Part shown: positions 1 to 11,413 of the stretch, piece by piece
Layout of the letters: the number at the start of each line of letters is the position of its first letter
Numbering within the stretch: the stretch's first letter is position 1
From: Chrysomallon squamiferum
Lineage: Eukaryota; Animalia; Mollusca
DNA length: 64,000 nucleotides
Direction: 5' to 3'
Assembly (NCBI GenBank): GCA_012295275.1
Contig: CM022667.1
Location: 1-64,000, forward strand
The notes under the pieces: generated by a model
The model's database searches: none
What the model was told of the DNA's origin: nothing
The model's input: only the letters and a program-made list of their open reading frames with translations
Made by a program: the position numbers and the translations under genes

Positions 1-30
1 TGAAACGAATATATTAATATGCATGATTAA

Positions 31-52
31 CGAACCATACTGAAATCGAATA
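31..52 (+). promoter_or_regulatory. Putative proximal sequence element (PSE) of the U3 gene, present in every unit
   Basis: CGAACCATACTGAAATCGAATA at about -60 to -39, the usual position of a Pol II snRNA PSE; it loosely resembles vertebrate TCACCNTNA(C/G)TNAAA. Confidence 0.55.
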
Positions 53-90
53 CTGTTTTCTATACACGTTATCCGGAGACTATACGATTT

Positions 91-310
91 AAGATCATAC
101 TTTTAGGGATCATTTCTATAGTATGCATCGCCAAGACGTCACGTAACACTGACGAACGACCGAGACCACGAGGACGAGACACAGCCTCCTCTTCTGAGCG
201 CGAAGCGGACTGGGAGTGTCACCTTTTCGGTGACTCGCTCCTCGTCATTGATGACCGTTCCTCTCTTCCTTCAGTGGAGAGTTGGAGGAAGGGGAGGCAT
301 TCTGAGTGGT
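91..310 (+). ncRNA. U3: U3 snoRNA, copy 1
   Basis: 220 nt. The 5' end AAGATCATACTTTTAGGGATCATTTCTATAG (boxes A'/A) matches vertebrate U3 AAGACTATACTTTCAGGGATCATTTCTATAG. Box C' GAGGACGA, box B CTGAGCGCGAAGC, box C TTGATGA, box D CTGA, terminal stem ACCAC/GTGGT. Confidence 0.96.
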
Positions 311-318
311 CCACAAAC

Positions 319-337
319 GTTTTTAAAAAACCAAAAA
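319..337 (+). terminator. Putative snRNA-type 3' box (Integrator processing signal), repeated in the units
   Basis: GTTTTTAAAAAACCAAAAA begins 9 nt after the U3 3' end and resembles the GTTT-N1-4-AAA.. 3' box consensus. Confidence 0.6.
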
Positions 338-1275
338 AACCAAAAATCAATTGTTTTTACTCACTGTTCAACGCTGGAATAAAGATGTTTGTTCACCAAG
401 AACTTGTACTGGTTAAATCATAAATATTGATATTCCTACATCTTTTTTCTTTTTTAAATTCATTTAACTGTCTGCTTATTTTATTTTATTTTGTATTATT
501 ATTAGTAGTACTGGTAGTGTTGTTGTTGTTGTTGTTGTTGTTGTTGTCGTTGTTTAATGTTAAGAATCCGAAAAATGGTAACAGATCTGTATCTCATTGT
601 CCAGTGCTTTTTCTTTAACACCAACGTCAACAAAGATGTTTACAAAGACAAGACTTTATCCTCATTAATCGTTTTTATTATAATTACCTGACATGTTTTC
701 CGGCAAATTTTAAATTATTTCCTTATTTATTTATTTGTTTGTTTCTTTGTTTTCAATTTACTATTTTCTTTCAGTGTATATATTTATAAAAATTCACGTA
801 CATACTCATATACGTAAACGGAAACACACCCACGCGCGCATACACTCAAATACACAGAGGCAGTATTTGAAAAAGTTTTAATGATAATTATTAATCCAGT
901 ATTATAGTTAGAACTTGCGAGAACCTTTGAGTAAGGAGAATGTTCTCTAGAATTACACAGACATACTAAAATATATTTTGAAGTTCAGTTCAGTCTTTAA
1001 AAATCATTTGACTCGGTCAAAAACACAAACAAAAATAATTAAATAGAAAACTCGACATTCAAGAAATGTTAGCACTCTTAAATCGATAAAATAAACAGAA
1101 TTAAACAAAAGAAGAAACTACAGTCATATTAACTACCAAAAGTATTAGAATTACTTTCACGAGTTATGGATTAATTAATAAAGACTGAAACGAATATATT
1201 AATATGCATGATTAACGAACCATACTGAAATCGAATACTGTTTTCTATACACGTTATCCGGAGACTATACGATTT

Positions 1276-1495
1276 AAGATCATACTTTTAGGGATCATTT
1301 CTATAGTATGCATCGCCAAGACGTCACGTAACACTGACGAACGACCGAGACCACGAGGACGAGACACAGCCTCCTCTTCTGAGCGCGAAGCGGACTGGGA
1401 GTGTCACCTTTTCGGTGACTCGCTCCTCGTCATTGATGACCGTTCCTCTCTTCCTTCAGTGGAGAGTTGGAGGAAGGGGAGGCATTCTGAGTGGT
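1276..1495 (+). ncRNA. U3: U3 snoRNA, copy 2
   Basis: Same sequence as copy 1; all boxes intact. Confidence 0.96.
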
Positions 1496-2454
1496 CCACA
1501 AACGTTTTTAAAAAACCAAAAATAGCAACAAAAATCAATTGTTTTTACTCACTGTTCAACGCTGGAATAAAGATGTTTGTTCACCAAGAACTTGTACTGG
1601 TTAAATCATAAATATTGATATTCCTACATCTTTTTTCTTTTTTAAATTCATTTAACTGTCTGCTTATTTTATTTTATTTTGTATTATTATTAGTAGTACT
1701 GGTAGTGTTGTTGTTGTTGTTGTTGTTGTTGTCGTTGTTTAATGTTAAGAATCCGAAAAATGGTAACAGATCTGTATCTCATTGTCCAGTGCTTTTTCTT
1801 TAACACCAACGTCAACAAAGATGTTTACAAAGACAAGACTTTATCCTCATTAATCGTTTTTATTATAATTACCTGACATGTTTTCCGGCAAATTTTAAAT
1901 TATTTCCTTATTTATTTATTTGTTTGTTTCTTTGTTTTCAATTTACTATTTTCTTTCAGTGTATATATTTATAAAAATTCACGTACATACTCATATACGT
2001 AAACGGAAACACACCCACGCATACACTCAAATACACAGAGGCAGTATTTGAAAAAGTTTTAATGATAATTATTAATCCAGTATTATAGTTAGAACTTGCG
2101 AGAACCTTTGAGTAAGGAGAATGTTCTCTAGAATTACACAGACATACTAAAATATTTTGAAGTTCAGTTCAGTCTTTAAAAATCATTTGACTCGGTCAAA
2201 AACACAAACAAAAATAATTAAATAGAAAACTCGACATTCAAGAAATGTTAGCACTCTTAAATCGATAAAATAAACAGAATTAAACAAAAGAAGAAACTAC
2301 AGTCATATTAACTACCAAAAGTATTAGAATTACTTTCACGAGTTATGGATTAATTAATAAAGACTGAAACGAATATATTAATATGCATGATTAACGAACC
2401 ATACTGAAATCGAATACTGTTTTCTATACACGTTATCCGGAGACTATACGATTT

Positions 2455-2674
2455 AAGATCATACTTTTAGGGATCATTTCTATAGTATGCATCGCCAAGA
2501 CGTCACGTAACACTGACGAACGACCGAGACCACGAGGACGAGACACAGCCTCCTCTTCTGAGCGCGAAGCGGACTGGGAGTGTCACCTTTTCGGTGACTC
2601 GCTCCTCGTCATTGATGACCGTTCCTCTCTTCCTTCAGTGGAGAGTTGGAGGAAGGGGAGGCATTCTGAGTGGT
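2455..2674 (+). ncRNA. U3: U3 snoRNA, copy 3
   Basis: Same sequence as copy 1. Confidence 0.96.
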
Positions 2675-3621
2675 CCACAAACGTTTTTAAAAAACCAAAA
2701 ATCAATTGTTTTTACTCACTGTTCAACGCTGGAATAAAGATGTTTGTTCACCAAGAACTTGTACTGGTTAAATCATAAATATTGATATTCCTACATCTTT
2801 TTTCTTTTTTAAATTCATTTAACTGTCTGCTTATTTTATTTTATTTTGTATTATTATTAGTAGTACTGGTAGTGTTGTTGTTGTTGTTGTTGTTGTTGTC
2901 GTTGTTTAATGTTAAGAATCCGAAAAATGGTAACAGATCTGTATCTCATTGTCCAGTGCTTTTTCTTTAACACCAACGTCAACAAAGATGTTTACAAAGA
3001 CAAGACTTTATCCTCATTAATCGTTTTTATTATAATTACCTGACATGTTTTCCGGCAAATTTTAAATTATTTCCTTATTTATTTATTTCTTTGTTTCTTT
3101 GTTTTCAATTTACTATTTTCTTTCAGTGTATATATTTATAAAAATTCACGTACATACTCATATACGTAAACGGAAACACACCCACGCATACACTCAAATA
3201 CACAGAGGCAGTATTTGAAAAAGTTTTAATGATAATTATTAATCCAGTATTATAGTTAGAACTTGCGAGAACCTTTGAGTAAGGAGAATGTTCTCTAGAA
3301 TTACACAGACATACTAAAATATTTTGAAGTTCAGTTCAGTCTTTAAAAATCATTTGACTCGGTCAAAAACACAAACAAAAATAATTAAATAGAAAACTCG
3401 ACATTCAAGAAATGTTAGCACTCTTAAATCGATAAAATAAACAGAATTAAACAAAAGAAGAAACTACAGTCATATTAACTACCAAAAGTATTAGAATTAC
3501 TTTCACGAGTTATGGATTAATTAATAAAGACTGAAACGAATATATTAATATGCATGATTAACGAACCATACTGAAATCGAATACTGTTTTCTATACACGT
3601 TATCCGGAGACTATACGATTT

Positions 3622-3841
3622 AAGATCATACTTTTAGGGATCATTTCTATAGTATGCATCGCCAAGACGTCACGTAACACTGACGAACGACCGAGACCAC
3701 GAGGACGAGACACAGCCTCCTCTTCTGAGCGCGAAGCGGACTGGGAGTGTCACCTTTTCGGTGACTCGCTCCTCGTCATTGATGACCGTTCCTCTCTTCC
3801 TTCAGTGGAGAGTTGGAGGAAGGGGAGGCATTCTGAGTGGT
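3622..3841 (+). ncRNA. U3: U3 snoRNA, copy 4
   Basis: Same sequence as copy 1. Confidence 0.96.
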
Positions 3842-4051
3842 CCACAAACGTTTTTAAAAAACCAAAAATAGCAACAAAAATCAATTGTTTTTACTCACTG
3901 TTCAACGCTGGAATAAAGATGTTTGTTCACCAAGAACTTGTACTGGTTAAATCATAAATATTGATATTCCTACATCTTTTTTCTTTTTTAAATTCATTTA
4001 ACTGTCTGCTTATTTTATTTTATTTTGTATTATTATTATTAGTACTGGTAG

Positions 4052-4084
<33 letters not shown>

Positions 4085-4812
4085 CGTTGTTTAATGTTAA
4101 GAATCCGAAAAATGGTAACAGATCTGTATCTCATTGTCCAGTGCTTTTTCTTTAACACCAACGTCAACAAAGATGTTTACAAAGACAAGACTTTATCCTC
4201 ATTAATCGTTTTTATTATAATTACCTGACATGTTTTCCGGCAAATTTTAAATTATTTCCTTATTTATTTATTTGTTTGTTTCTTTGTTTTCAATTTACTA
4301 TTTTCTTTCAGTGTATATATTTATAAAAATTCACGTACATACTCATATACGTAAACGGAAACACACCCACGCGCGCATACACTCAAATACACAGAGGCAG
4401 TATTTGAAAAAGTTTTAATGATAATTATTAATCCAGTATTATAGTTAGAACTTGCGAGAACCTTTGAGTAAGGAGAATGTTCTCTAGAATTACACAGACA
4501 TACTAAAATATTTTGAAGTTCAGTTCAGTCTTTAAAAATCATTTGACTCGGTCAAAAACACAAACAAAAAAATAATTAAATAGAAAACTCGACATTCAAG
4601 AAATGTTAGCACTCTTAAATCGATAAAATAAACAGAATTAAACAAAAGAAGAAACTACAGTCATATTAACTACCAAAAGTATTAGAATTACTTTCACGAG
4701 TTATGGATTAATTAATAAAGACTGAAACGAATATATTAATATGCATGATTAACGAACCATACTGAAATCGAATACTGTTTTCTATACACGTTATCCGGAG
4801 ACTATACGATTT

Positions 4813-5033
4813 AAGATCATACTTTTTAGGGATCATTTCTATAGTATGCATCGCCAAGACGTCACGTAACACTGACGAACGACCGAGACCACGAGGACGA
4901 GACACAGCCTCCTCTTCTGAGCGCGAAGCGGACTGGGAGTGTCACCTTTTCGGTGACTCGCTCCTCGTCATTGATGACCGTTCCTCTCTTCCTTCAGTGG
5001 AGAGTTGGAGGAAGGGGAGGCATTCTGAGTGGT
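4813..5033 (+). ncRNA. U3: U3 snoRNA, copy 5 (one extra T in the box A' T-run)
   Basis: ATACTTTTTAGGG (5 T) instead of ATACTTTTAGGG; otherwise identical. May be a homopolymer error. Confidence 0.93.
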
Positions 5034-5987
5034 CCACAAACGTTTTTAAAAAACCAAAAATCAATTGTTTTTACTCACTGTTCAACGCTGGAATAAAGAT
5101 GTTTGTTCACCAAGAACTTGTACTGGTTAAATCATAAATATTGATATTCCTACATCTTTTTTCTTTTTTAAATTCATTTAACTGTCTGCTTATTTTATTT
5201 TATTTTGTATTATTATTATTAGTAGTACTGGTAGTGTTGTTGTTGTTGTTGTTGTTGTTGTCGTTGTTTAATGTTAAGAATCCGAAAAATGGTAACAGAT
5301 CTGTATCTCATTGTCCAGTGCTTTTTCTTTAACACCAACGTCAACAAAGATGTTTACAAAGACAAGACTTTATCCTCATTAATCGTTTTTATTATAATTA
5401 CCTGACATGTTTTCCGGCAAATTTTAAATTATTTCCTTATTTATTTATTTCTTTGTTTCTTTGTTTTCAATTTACTATTTTCTTTCAGTGTATATATTTA
5501 TAAAAATTCACGTACATACTCATATACGTAAACGGAAACACACCCACGCGCGCATACACTCAAATACACAGAGGCAGTATTTGAAAAAGTTTTAATGATA
5601 ATTATTAATCCAGTATTATAGTTAGAACTTGCGAGAACCTTTGAGTAAGGAGAATGTTCTCTAGAATTACACAGACATACTAAAATATTTTGAAGTTCAG
5701 TTCAGTCTTTAAAAATCATTTGACTCGGTCAAAAACACAAACAAAAATAATTAAATAGAAAACTCGACATTCAAGAAATGTTAGCACTCTTAAATCGATA
5801 AAATAAACAGAATTAAACAAAAGAAGAAACTACAGTCATATTAACTACCAAAAGTATTAGAATTACTTTCACGAGTTATGGATTAATTAATAAAGACTGA
5901 AACGAATATATTAATATGCATGATTAACGAACCATACTGAAATCGAATACTGTTTTCTATACACGTTATCCGGAGACTATACGATTT

Positions 5988-6207
5988 AAGATCATACTTT
6001 TAGGGATCATTTCTATAGTATGCATCGCCAAGACGTCACGTAACACTGACGAACGACCGAGACCACGAGGACGAGACACAGCCTCCTCTTCTGAGCGCGA
6101 AGCGGACTGGGAGTGTCACCTTTTCGGTGACTCGCTCCTCGTCATTGATGACCGTTCCTCTCTTCCTTCAGTGGAGAGTTGGAGGAAGGGGAGGCATTCT
6201 GAGTGGT
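5988..6207 (+). ncRNA. U3: U3 snoRNA, copy 6
   Basis: Same sequence as copy 1. Confidence 0.96.
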
Positions 6208-7158
6208 CCACAAACGTTTTTAAAAAACCAAAAATAGCAACAAAAATCAATTGTTTTTACTCACTGTTCAACGCTGGAATAAAGATGTTTGTTCACCAAG
6301 AACTTGTACTGGTTAAATCATAAATATTGATATTCCTACATCTTTTTTCTTTTTTAAATTCATTTAACTGTCTGCTTATTTTATTTTATTTTGTATTATT
6401 ATTAGTAGTACTGGTAGTGTTGTTGTTGTTGTTGTTGTTGTTGTCGTTGTTTAATGTTAAGAATCCGAAAAATGGTAACAGATCTGTATCTCATTGTCCA
6501 GTGCTTTTTCTTTAACACCAACGTCAACAAAGATGTTTACAAAGACAAGACTTTATCCTCATTAATCGTTTTTATTATAATTACCTGACATATTTTAAAT
6601 TATTTCCTTATTTATTTATTTCTTTGTTTCTTTGTTTTCAATTTACTATTTTCTTTCAGTGTATATATTTATAAAAATTCACGTACATACTCATATACGT
6701 AAACGGAAACACACCCACGCGCGCATACACTCAAATACACAGAGGCAGTATTTGAAAAAGTTTTAATGATAATTATTAATCCAGTATTATAGTTAGAACT
6801 TGCGAGAACCTTTGAGTAAGGAGAATGTTCTCTAGAATTACACAGACATACTAAAATATTTTGAAGTTCAGTTCAGTCTTTAAAAATCATTTGACTCGGT
6901 CAAAAACACCAACAAAAAGAATTAAATAGAAAACTCGACATTCAAGAAAAGTTAGCACTCTTAAATCGATAAAATAAATAGAATGAAACAAAAGAAGAAA
7001 CTACAGTCATCTTAACTACCAAAAGTATTAGAATTATTTTTACGAGTTATGGATTAATTAATAAAGACTGAAACGAATATATTAATATGCATGATTAACG
7101 AACCATACTGAAATCGAATACTGTTTTCTATACACATTATCCGGAAACTATACAATTT

Positions 7159-7378
7159 AAGATCATACTTTTAGGGATCATTTCTATAGTATGCATCGCC
7201 AAGACGTCACGTAACACTGACGAACGACCGAGACCACGAGGACGAGACACAGCCTCCTCTTCTGAGCGCGAAGCGGACTGGGAGTGTCACCTTTTCGGTG
7301 ACTCGCTCCTCGTCATTGATGACCGTTCCTCTCTTCCTTCAGTGGAGAGTTGGAGGAAGGGGAGGCATTCTGAGTGGT
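7159..7378 (+). ncRNA. U3: U3 snoRNA, copy 7
   Basis: RNA-coding part identical to copy 1; a few SNPs upstream and a different downstream spacer. Confidence 0.95.
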
Positions 7379-7696
7379 CCACAAACGTTTTTAAAAACCA
7401 AAAATAGTAAAAATATTAATGATATTTACTTGCCCTTTAACGCCAGAAGCATTATTAATTATTCTTATTCTTGATGTTAGTAATTTTCATGAGTTCTGTG
7501 ATCCTACTTGGCCTGTACACTTCCAGCATGTCCTTGGTGTTCTCAAAGAAATAACAAAGATGTTTATTCAGTAAGATGTTAAATTATCAACAGTCGTAAA
7601 TACCGATATTCGTGGAACAGTATTTAATATTGTGTTATTTTAAAAATAATTAATTTATTCATTAATTTATTCATTAATTAATTCAGTTCATTCGGC

Positions 7697-7747
<51 letters not shown>

Positions 7748-7750
7748 CAG

Positions 7751-7786
<36 letters not shown>

Positions 7787-8490
7787 ATGTTAAGAATCCG
7801 AAAAATGGTAACAGATCTGTATCTGATTGTCCAGTGCTTATTATTAAATACCAACGTCAACAAAGATGTTTACAAAGTTAAGACTTTATCCTCATTAATC
7901 GTTTTTATTATAAGTACCTGACATGTCTTTGGGGAAATTTTGAATTATTTATTTATTTGTTTGTTTATTTTTTAATTTACTATTTTCTTTCAGTGTGTAT
8001 ATCTATACAAATGTACATAAACACGTACATACTCATATACGTAAACATAGATACACACACGCTCAAATACACGGAGGCAGTATTTTAAAACGTTTTGATG
8101 TTAATTATTAATCCAGTATTATTGTTAGAACTTGCGAGAACCTTCGAGTAAGGAGAATGTTCTCTAGAATTACACAGACATACTAAAATATTTTGAAGTT
8201 CAGTTCAGTCTTTAAAAATCATTTGACTCGGTCAAAAACACCAACAAAAAGAATTAAATAGAAAACTCGACATTCAAGAAAAGTTAGCACTCTTAAATCG
8301 ATAAAATAAACAGAATTAAACAAAAGAAGAAACTACAGTCATATTAACTACCAAAAGTATTAGAATTACTTTCACGAGTTATGGATTAATTAATAAAGAC
8401 TGAAACGAATATATTAATATGCATGATTAACGAACCATACTGAAATCGAATACTGTTTTCTATACACGTTATCCGGAGACTATACGATTT

Positions 8491-8710
8491 AAGATCATAC
8501 TTTTAGGGATCATTTCTATAGTATGCATCGCCAAGACGTCACGTAACACTGACGAACGACCGAGACCACGAAGATGAGACACAGCCTCCTCTTCTGAGCG
8601 CGAAGCGGACTGGGAGTGTCACCTTTTCGGTGACTCGCTCCTCGTCATTGATGACCGTTCCTCTCTTCCTTCAGTGGAGAGTTGGAGGAAGGGGAGGCAT
8701 TCTGAGTGGT
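8491..8710 (+). ncRNA. U3: U3 snoRNA, copy 8 (box C' variant GAAGATGA)
   Basis: Full length; CCACGAAGATGAGAC instead of CCACGAGGACGAGAC. Confidence 0.94.
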
Positions 8711-9478
8711 CCACAAACGTTTTTTAAAATCCAAAAATATTAATGATATTTACTTGCCCTTTAACGCCAGAAGCATTATTATTCTACCACATTTATATAG
8801 CAACCAAAAGGCGCTTTACGGTGTAAAATGATAATCTAAAATATGAGAAGATATAAAAATATTCAAAGGTGTTTAAAATAGTTAATAGACTAGCTTGAAC
8901 GTTTTAAATTTTTTTTTTTTTATATAAAACAAAACTATATATTAACAAAGTGAATTGAAAAGGAAAAACTATTTAGCAATGTTTTGAATGCAGCTGTTGT
9001 TTCAGCCTCCGTGATGTTAGTTGGAATTTAGTTCCACAAACTCTGTGCAGCATAACTGAAACATCTCTGGCTGTATGTAGTTCTTCTTATTCTTGATGTT
9101 GCTAATTTTATGAGTTCTGAGTTCGTAGAGTCCAGCATCTACACTTCTGGCATATTCGTGATATACTCAAAGAAATAACAAGGATGTTTGTTTATTCAGT
9201 TAGATGTTAAATTATCACTAGTCCTAAATACTGATATTCGTGGAACTGTATTTTATTTTATTTTATTTTTGAAATAATTCATTCATTCATTCATTTTCTT
9301 TGTTGTTGTTGTTGTCGGTTAAGAACACGAAAAATGGTCACAGTTCTGTATCTGATTGACTACTGCTGATTGTTTAACGCCAGCATCAGCGAAGATGTTT
9401 ATAAAAACAACACTTTATCATCGTTAATCGTTTTCGTTCTAATTACGTGACATGATTTCTGGAAAATTTTAAAATATT

Positions 9479-9513
<35 letters not shown>

Positions 9514-9972
9514 TTTTACATTTTCAATTGTTTACTTCAGTATATATTTTCATGGAACTATTGAGATTCGTGAACACACAAACACACATATAAACAAATA
9601 CACGGTACTTCAAAACGTTCTAATAATAATTTTTAGAAACACACGAATATAACAAAAGAAAACAAACAAAAAAATTAATTATCAGTTCAGTCTGTAAAAT
9701 TCGTTTGACTCGGTCAAATACCTAAAATATATAATTAAATAAAGATCTCGATATCCATGAAAAGTTAGCTTTGTTCAGTCGACAAAATCAATTATATTAA
9801 ATAAAAGAACAAATAACAGTAATATTAACTATATGATGTATTAGAATTAGTTTTACGAATTTTGGATTAATTAACAAAGAATGAAACGAATATATTAATA
9901 TGCATGATCAACGTACCATACTGAAACCGAATACTGTTTCATATATGCTCTATCCCGGAACCTGTACAATTT

Positions 9973-10028
9973 AAGATTATAATTTTAGGGATCATTTCTA
10001 TAGTATGCATCGCCAAGACGTCACGTAA
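9973..10028 (+). pseudogene. U3: Truncated U3 pseudogene (first ~56 nt only) behind a diverged promoter
   Basis: AAGATTATAATTTTAGGGATCATTTCTATAGTATGCATCGCCAAGACGTCACGTAA, then sequence unrelated to U3. Box A' is mutated and boxes C'/B/C/D are absent. Confidence 0.88.
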
Positions 10029-10374
10029 AAAAATTTAAAAAGTGAAACAATACTATATATTAACAAAGTGGACTGAAAAGAAAAAAAACTATTTAGCAAT
10101 GTTTTGAATGTAGCTTTTGTTTCAGTCTCATCATGTTACTTGGGAGTGTGTAGTTCTTATTCTTGATGTTACTAATCATCATGAGTTCTGTGATCGTAGA
10201 GTACTACTTGGCCTGTACACTTCCAGTATGTCCTTGATGTACTCAAAGAAATAACAAAGATGTTTATTCAGTAAGATGTAAAATTATCAATAGTCGTAAA
10301 TACCGATATTCGTGGAACTGTATTTAATATTATGTTATTTTTAAAATAATCAATTTATTCATTCAATTCATTCG

Positions 10375-10446
<72 letters not shown>

Positions 10447-11040
10447 GTGTTGTTGTTGTTGTTTTTGTTGTTTAATGTTAAGAATCCGAAAAATGGTAAC
10501 AGATCTCTATCTGATAGTCCAGTGCTTAATATTTAATACAAACATCAACAAAGATGTTTACAAAGACAAGGCTTTATCCTCTTTAATCGTTTTTATTATT
10601 ATTACGTGACGTTTTTCCGGGAAATTTTAAATTATTTATTTGTTTGTTTGTTTATTATTAATCCAGTATTATTGTTAGAACTTGCGAGAACCTTCGAGTA
10701 AGGAGAATGTTCTCTAGAATTACACAGACATACTAAAATATTTTGAAGTTCAGTTCAGTCTTTAAAAATCATTTGACTCGGTCAAAAACACAAACAAAAA
10801 GAATTAAATAGAAAACTCGACATTCAAGAAAAGTTAGCACTCTTAAATCGATAAAATAAATAGAATTAAACAAAAGAAGAAACTACAGTCATATTAACTA
10901 CCAAAAGTATTAGAATTACTTTTACGAGTTATGGATTAATTAATAAAGACTGAAACGAATATATTAGTATGCATGATTAACGAACCATACTGAAATCGAA
11001 TACTGTTTTCTATACACATTATCCGAAAACTATACAATTT

Positions 11041-11260
11041 AAGATCATACTTTTAGGGATCATTTCTATAGTATGCATCGCCAAGACGTCACGTAACACT
11101 GACGAACGACCGAGACCACGAAGATGAGACACAGCCTCCTCTTCTGAGCGCGAAGCGGACTGGGAGTGTCACCTTTTCGGTGACTCGCTCCTCGTCATTG
11201 ATGACCGTTCCTCTCTTCCTTCAGTGGAGAGTTGGAGGAAGGGGAGGCATTCTGAGTGGT
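11041..11260 (+). ncRNA. U3: U3 snoRNA, terminal full copy (box C' variant GAAGATGA)
   Basis: Full length with the same C' variant as copy 8. Confidence 0.93.
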
Positions 11261-11390
11261 CCACAAACATTTTTTAAAACCAAAAATAGTAACAAATGTT
11301 AATTGTGTTTACTCACTATTTAACGCCAGAAATAATACAGATTTTTTCATCATGAACTTGTACTGGTTAAGTCATAAATTCTGATATTCT

Positions 11391-11413
11391 GAGGCATTCT
11401 GAGTGGTCCACAA
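11391..11413 (+). pseudogene. Orphan duplicate of the U3 3' end (box D and terminal stem strand)
   Basis: GAGGCATTCTGAGTGGTCCACAA is repeated ~147 bp after the last U3 copy. Confidence 0.75.

Larger units (their letters stand above)
1..11410 (+). repeat. Tandem array of U3 snoRNA gene units, continuing off the left edge
   Basis: U3 starts at 91, 1276, 2455, 3622, 4813, 5988, 7159, 8491, (9973) and 11041. Units 1-6 are near-identical (spacing 1167-1191 bp); spacers are rearranged and diverged after ~7400. Confidence 0.97.

Noticed and set aside
4708-4905. Antisense ORF over U3 copy 5
   Set aside because: It is open only because of the single extra T in that copy.
427-6515. Six repeated 62-64 aa hydrophobic ORFs (MIFLHLFSF...) that look like a tandem membrane-peptide family
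   Set aside because: They start at TTG in a eukaryote, the poly-Leu comes from (TTA)n/(GTT)n microsatellites in the U3 spacer, and the frame is lost in edge units.
1-11410. CRISPR array or retroelement/SINE interpretation of the repeat
   Set aside because: Whole 1.2-kb units repeat including the spacers, the context is eukaryotic, there are no poly(A) tails, TSDs or LTRs, and the conserved core is U3.
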